Shown here: one piece after another, positions 57,801-64,000 of the stretch | Layout of the letters: each line of letters starts with the position of its first letter | Position numbering within the stretch: position 1 is the first letter of the stretch | Position numbers and translations under genes: made by a program | From: Lama guanicoe | Taxonomy: Eukaryota | Reading direction: 5' to 3' | Length of the DNA: 64,000 nucleotides | NCBI GenBank assembly: GCA_013239625.1 | Contig: MU055016.1 | Coordinates: 48,867-112,866, forward strand | The notes under the pieces: model-generated | Seen by the model: only the letters and a program-made list of their open reading frames with translations | What the model was told of the DNA's origin: nothing | Database searches by the model: none

Positions 57801-60800
57801 GGGCCCCACTGGAGGAGTGCCCTCCACCCGGTGCTGAGCCCTGTCAGTTCAGGCCAGGCAGATCCGAAGTCTTGTCCCGAGACAGAGCCAGGCCTGGGAA
57901 TCAGAGGCCCAGGCCTCTGTCCTTCCAGCCCTTCAGACTCAGGGGCCCTTAGGAATTCTTGCCTTTTTGTCCCAAAGGCAGTCACGGTGCTGCAAGGCCC
58001 AAGAGCCCAAACGGGTTGGAACCTCCAGCAGCCCTGAGGTAGCTGTCCCGCCATTCCCCACTCCGGAGGGGAGGACTGAGGTCGGCACTGCTGAGCACAA
58101 CCCCGGGCTCTGGCAAGCTCAGGTGCTGAGCTCTTCGTGTGCACATCGTGTGCACATCGGTGTCCTGCCCAACTTGGCAGAGATCCAATTTCAAAGGGGC
58201 AAAACTGCAGAGCAGAGAGGGGCAGGGCCTTGGCCTGGGTCCCTGGGTCAGGTCTAGGAAGGATGGGAACCTGCCCCTCCACCCCCGCCGTGCTCTCTGC
58301 CCTCCCTGGCAGGGGGTGGGTGCCAGGGTGGGCGGGCGAGCTGGGACAGGTGTCAGGCATGGGCCGGGCCTCCTGCTGCGGCTCAGCTGGTGTTGCAACC
58401 CGGTTTCCCCCACTCCTGGCTGTGTCCTGACTTGCAGTGGCCCCTGCCCCCGGGCCCAGAGGAAAGCCTCACCCACCTTCCTGGGATCGGGGTGACAAGT
58501 CCCAGCATGGCCTGGTCCACCGTGCCAGCTTCGAGCGTGAGAAAATGCTGAGCCGAGGAGGAAGGTGTGGCAGGCAGTGGGATGTGAGTACCATCCAGTG
58601 CTCACCCTCCTTGTGCCCGAGAGGCCAGCCCAGCCCCAGCCCCTTCCGTGGCCCTTTCCGGAGCTGGCCCGGAGACCATGCCCTTTGGCCCCTCTGGTGC
58701 TGGCCCCTGGCTGCGGCTCCATCCACCCCACCAACTCTGCCCCGTAAGCAGAGCGCGGCTGCACACGGCTGGCGCTCCACAGTGGTCTTCACCAGGAGGC
58801 GGGGCTGGGCAGTTTGGCCCCGTGGCCAGTGGGGGTCTGCGCAGAGTCCAGCTGCCAGAACATTTCCTTGTCCATCAGGGTCGCTGAGCTTGAGCTGTGC
58901 TGGCCCTTGGGGATGGGTGAGAGGACTGAGAGGTGCCCGTTGGTCCCTCAAGAGGCTCAGGACAGAGAGCCACCAGGCTCCCACTGGTCGCTTGGGCCCG
59001 GGCGCATGGAGGTCTGGTTTCTGGTCCTCGGGTTGCTGAAGAAAAGGAAGGAGAAAGGCAGCAGGGGCCCAGCGCCAGGAGGGTGTCACCTGTGAGTGGG
59101 CATCTCCCTGAGCCCTGACTCCCAAGGGGGCATGAGCCAGTGAGAGGACAGGAGGGCCTTCCTCCGAGACTTCAGCTGCAGTGGGCCCTGCCCGGGCACA
59201 TGCCGGCTCTCAGCACCCGGAGCTGCCGGGTGGAGTGGGCTAGGGCAGACCGGACTGCCCAGCAGGATCAGCGAGTGTGGCCCCCCATAGCGGGACCATG
59301 GTGTAGGGCCTCCACGAAGGCCCTTCAGGAGCCCCTCAAGGCTGGGGGAGATGCAGGCTCTACCCAGGAACTCTGAGGGGTGGCTCCCTGGAGGAGGTGG
59401 CCCGTGCTTTGGCCCTTGAATGCCAGCACAACTTGGCCTGGGGGCTGAGCAGCTGCAGGAGCAGAGATGTACCTGAGGGAAGGGCAGGGCTGTCACCTGT
59501 GGCTGGGTGGGTGCTATCCTGGTGGGGGACGTGTGGAGGGGCCTGGGCTCCTGTACAGAGGGAGGGGTGAGGCCCCAGAAGTCTGGGCATTTTACCCACA
59601 TGTCTGCACCATGAGGCAAGAAGGCAGGGCCAAGGTGGCGTGGCTTGACTAGGGGGCTGCAGGGGTCCTGGGGGCTGATGGATGGGCACTGTTTCGTCAG
59701 TGTGCTGTCCTCGACCCCTGGGGCTGTGCCCTGACCAGAGGCTCTCCGGGGCCCACCTGCTCCCTACCCCCAGCTCACTCCTTACCCCAGTCCTGGGTCT
59801 TCTCTCTGGCAAAACCTGGCCCGCAGTGGCCCCATGCCCCTCCCTCCCTCAGATCTCTGTGGGAATTCAAAGGCTCTGGCAGCACCCACAGACCATGGGG
59901 CAAGGGGATGGGGGAGAGGTGTCCCAGGGACCAAGCAGTGGCAGCACGGTGTGGCCAGGGTGCCGAGGGGGACAGCGGAGGCAGCAGGAATACAGAGCTC
60001 ACAGGGAAAGGGAGACCCAGGCTGAGAGCCATGGTTGTGGGGGACGGGGGCAGAGGAGTCAGGCTTCATCCTGTGAGGAGGCTGGAGTGAGGTGGAAAGG
60101 ATGGGAGAGGGAGGAGCGGCACTCCAGGTTGAAGCTGGCATTTGAGGAGATGCTCTGATTTGAGCTTCAAAAAGATGCTTCATGTGGCCAGGGCTGTTGC
60201 CCTGACACGTGCCGTCCCTTGAGCAGTGCCCAACTTGCACAACTATGCAGGGAGTACCTGCCAGTTTCAGTGCGGAGAGCAGCCCAGGGGGCCTGGTCCC
60301 TGTGTAGAAAGGCCGCCTGCTTCCCAGCGGCTCCCAGCCACAGGGCCAGCCCCTCCGCCACTGAGCCCGGCTGTGAGGACCCCGCTCTGGCAGCTTCCCT
60401 CAGGGAGGAGGCCCAGGGTCCATTTATCTCCCGGTCACCACTGCTCCTTCGCCATCTGCAACAGAGGAAGGAAGGCCCCTGTCACCGGCCCCACCTGCAT
60501 TGGCCAGTGTTGGGAACAGGAAGCCGGGGTATCAGGCCACCTGCCCACCTGCCCTTGGCGTGCACCCCCGCCCAAGAGGAGCATTAGGGCAAAAGGAGGC
60601 TGGGCCTGAGGCTGGACAGATCCTGGGGTGTCCAGCTAGAGTCTCGGGGCTCCTAAAGCCCACTCACCCACCCAGACCTGCCGCTTCTCCCCAGCTCTGA
60701 TCACACGGGTCCTGGAACGCCTTCCCAAGGCTTGGACATGCCCGGGCAGAATTCACCATCTCCCCGTGGCACCCAGGGTCCTTCTGCCTTAGGCCATCTG

Positions 60801-63800
60801 CCTGGAGACAGACAGCATGTGGGCCCTAAACTGAGAGGGGCCAGCACTGATGAAAGCAGGACCCAGACACATGCCACCCCTGGGCAGCCCGGGACCCCTG
60901 GCAGAAGCAGCCAGTCCCTCTCACCCCTCCCACCCGGGGTGGGAGGACAGTGTGGCACAGATTCTCCTGGGGCAGGGCCCGGGCTGGGGGTGCCAGGCCG
61001 AAGCATCTGAGGATGGTAGACCTCCTTTTCATAGGTGGGACACTGAGATGCGGGGACAAGGTGGACTTGCCCAGGCTGCCCAGAGGATCAGGGGCTGTCT
61101 TCCTTCAGCCATCAGACGGTGGCCTTGGCGGGATGGCACAGGGCAGAGTGTCCTGTCAACGAGCACCTCATGAGAACTACCGCTGCCCTCATGAGAACCC
61201 GTGGGCACCGAGCCAGGGGTCTCTACGGGTCTTGTATCGGCTGCCCCACCACAGACAAGAGCCTGTGAGCCGGTGGCACAGGGCACATCGGGGCCTGAGC
61301 CCAGCACTTGGGTTTCTGCCACGGCACTCACACGATGTTGCAAGAGCCAGTAGGAAGGCTGGCCGCAGGCACCGGGTGGGTCAGGGTGGGGGCCCTGGAA
61401 GGCTTGTTGTGTGGGAAAAGGGGCTTTCTGGGATCCCGTTCTCCCAGGATCCCTGACATGGTGAAGCAGGCCACCCCTCTGCTCTCACAAAACCCAGGCC
61501 AGGCCCTAGGGCCCCGGCAAAGGGTGGGGGGCCAGGGGCCAGGGGCCGTGGAACAGGTGTCTCCTAGCTCCCCAGGCCACAAGCCACACACTGGGCCTGG
61601 CATAGAGGAGGCAGGTCCCAGGCAGAGCTGCACAGCCCTGGGAGCCCTGTGTGGGGCTGCACCCATGGGAGTGGGCACATCCCCCTGCACCCCGCAGCTC
61701 CCTCCCAGGTGGAGAGCACCCAGCCAGGCCTGCAGACATGTGACCGACTGGCATGGCAGAGGCCATTCAACAGCCCCAGGAGGGTACTCCGGGCAGAAGG
61801 CCGAGAGGCCAAGTTCCAGTTTGGGCCCAGCTCAGATAAACTGTGGCCCCAGGCAATGCTCTCCCTCCCAGTTTTCTTCCCAGTGGGGTCTCAGACTCAT
61901 CTCCACAGCGTTCACTCTGCTGAGCCTTTCCGCCACCGCCCTGGCCTCCCTCCCAGGTACCCACATCCCTGCACCACAGCCTGGCCTGGCCAAGCCTCCG
62001 TCCCTGTCTGGGAGCCGACCCTGTGGCCTTGTTCCCAGGTCTATCTTGGCTCTGGGCAATTATCTTGGGCCGGGCAAGGCTGCCCTAGATAGGGGGTACT
62101 GGGCGGGCTGGGAATGCCTCGGGCACCCCCACCCCGTGCCCAGCCTGGGCCTGGTGAGATCACACTTGTAGTGGACCCTGATAACCGGCCTGGCCAGGGG
62201 CTCTGGGCTCTGTATCCAGCGCCCTGTCAGGGGAGCCGAGATAACCCGGGTGGGAGCAGCCCCTCCCAATCCCAGATCCGACCTGGCCTGGGCCTGGGCG
62301 TCCTGGGAGCGGTGGGTCTTCAGCCCCCCTCCCCCCGCCCTCCAGGGCTATCCTCTGGGAGGCTATCACCCTGGGGATGCAGGGAGCATCTTGACTCCTG
62401 CCTCCTTCTCTCAATACTGTGCAGAGGGAAAGGTTGGGGCGGGGCCCGCCGGCCAGGAACTGTGGGCGGAGCATCACGTTGCTGCTGAATCCTCACCCAG
62501 TGCCCAGGCAGCAGGGCCTCTTCTGGGCGCGTGCTGGGCAGAGCCAGGCCGATGCTCCCCTGGGCCCATCTTCTGTTGCCCTGGCTTTTGTACATGGCCC
62601 CCTGGGCCTGTAGTGACTTCTCTTGGCTCTTGCAATGCAGGGCCCCAGAGCCTTGCCTGACGCCCTCCCAGCCCTTCTCTATCTCCCCTGGCTCCGCTCC
62701 CCGACCGGAGCTCTGAGGGTAGAGCTGGCCTCTCAGGGTGCTCCCGGGCCCTGTGAGTGGACGCCTTTGTGACCCCCATGTGCAGAGAGGTACAGAGAGG
62801 GAAAGGGTCTTGCTCCAGGGTGCACTTGGAGGAGATTCAGGCCAAGACTCGAACCCAGGGCTGCTCTAAGACCAGAGCCAGGCTCCAAGCAAGGGCCAGG
62901 CCTCCTGCTCTGTCCCGGGGGGATCGAGGGCACAAAGGTGACATACCAGGACATGACAGGGGCTGGGCTCAGACAGGACCCCTCAGAAGGCGGGCAGTGG
63001 GCACACATGCATGGGCAGGGAGGGCGGCTCAGCCCCTGTAAGCCGCCAGGGCAGGGAGCACCAGGGCTGGGGGGGTAGGTGTGGGCCTCTGTGGCCGGAC
63101 GGTTGAGCGAGCTGGGATTTTGTTGGCTGGCTCAGGTCGGGAGTGGCCTGTGGCCATGGCTCACCCAGGCCGCCTCGGCTAGTGGGCCGCCTCCTGGGTG
63201 ACCCCTTGGCCAGCCCGTTGCGTGCGGCCACAGGCAGCCTGTTTTCCGGACCCCAGGTTCATTGCACAAGCTCACGAGGTCGTCGACACAGAGGACCGAG
63301 TTGCATCACCGAGTTCCCAGCCTGGCTTCCTCTTTGCTCTGTTGATAGCCACGCAGTGGGTGAGCATCTCCCAGCCAGGGCCCTGGGTCAGGGAGGGGAC
63401 CTTCAGCTGCTCTGTCTCAAAAGCCCTTGGCAAGTCCCGGAAGCTGCATACCAGGCTCCTGAGACGGCAGGGAGCCACCTGCAGCACGAACCTACCTCAG
63501 TCTATCCAGGGCTCAGCCTCCAGGTTGCCAGGGCCCGCCAGTGAACCCCGGGACATGGTGACTCGTGGGCCCACCTTACAAACGGGAAGCAGAGGCATAC
63601 AGGGGGAGAAGCCCTAGCGTCTTCTCGTCCATGAGCTCATCTGTTCTCTTCTGGGGAAAAAAACAAACCCTGTTCAGCCAGTGGGATGAGCATCTTTTCC
63701 CCACCTCAAACTGAAGTCTAGAGAAGTGCCTAGCCTCCCAGGGCCCCCGAAATTCCTCTTCCACCTCCAGGAAGTCCTCCGGACTACTCCACCTGGAAGG

Positions 63801-63849
63801 CATCTCAGCCTCCCTAGGCAATGGGGAGTCCTGCCCACCTGCTGCTACC

Positions 63850-63887
63850 CAGCCCCCAACAGCCCCCAACAGCCCCCAACAGCCCCC
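63850..63887. repeat. 10-bp tandem repeat (cagcccccaa), about 3.8 copies
   Basis: Direct reading. Confidence 0.9.
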
Positions 63888-64000
63888 CTGCATCCTCCCG
63901 GGCCCAGCAGTGGCCCCTTGTAGGTCTGCTTGGGGACAGTGTGTCGGTCCAGCTCTTCCTCTTCTTCCTCCGTTAGACTCTGTGCACATTAGGTGCTCCC

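Noticed and set aside
57146-63989. Many 100-290-aa ORFs in the distal region
   Set aside because: They overlap in all frames, show no domains and have no coherent exon chain; treated as intergenic

Overview
Mammalian, GC-rich genomic DNA. It is probably from a camelid, judged from the tRNA-Ala-derived SINE family and the cetartiodactyl-type L1 3' ends. The left 27 kb holds two intact, tail-to-tail protein-coding genes. AGPAT2 is on the + strand: 6 exons, 3562..15990, 837 nt, 278 aa, with a GC-AG first intron. EGFL7 is on the - strand: 8 coding exons, 21222..17346, 825 nt, 274 aa, with the intronic microRNA miR-126 and at least two candidate promoters (~23.8 kb CpG island and ~26.6 kb ETS/GATA/TATA-like). 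The remaining ~37 kb appears non-coding: candidate enhancers and CTCF sites, L1/LTR/SINE/DNA-transposon remnants, short tandem repeats and three N gaps. Nearly all long ORFs in the six-frame track are GC-rich noise. I found no convincing new multi-gene system. The best leads are a strong-context upstream ATG that would give a spliced 162-aa ORF overlapping EGFL7 in another frame, a (CG)8 tract just before the AGPAT2 start codon, a solo LTR with a perfect TSD in AGPAT2 intron 1, protein variants at functionally known sites, and endothelial-type motif clusters. Comparisons with human/mouse sequences and repeat consensi are from memory and need checking.
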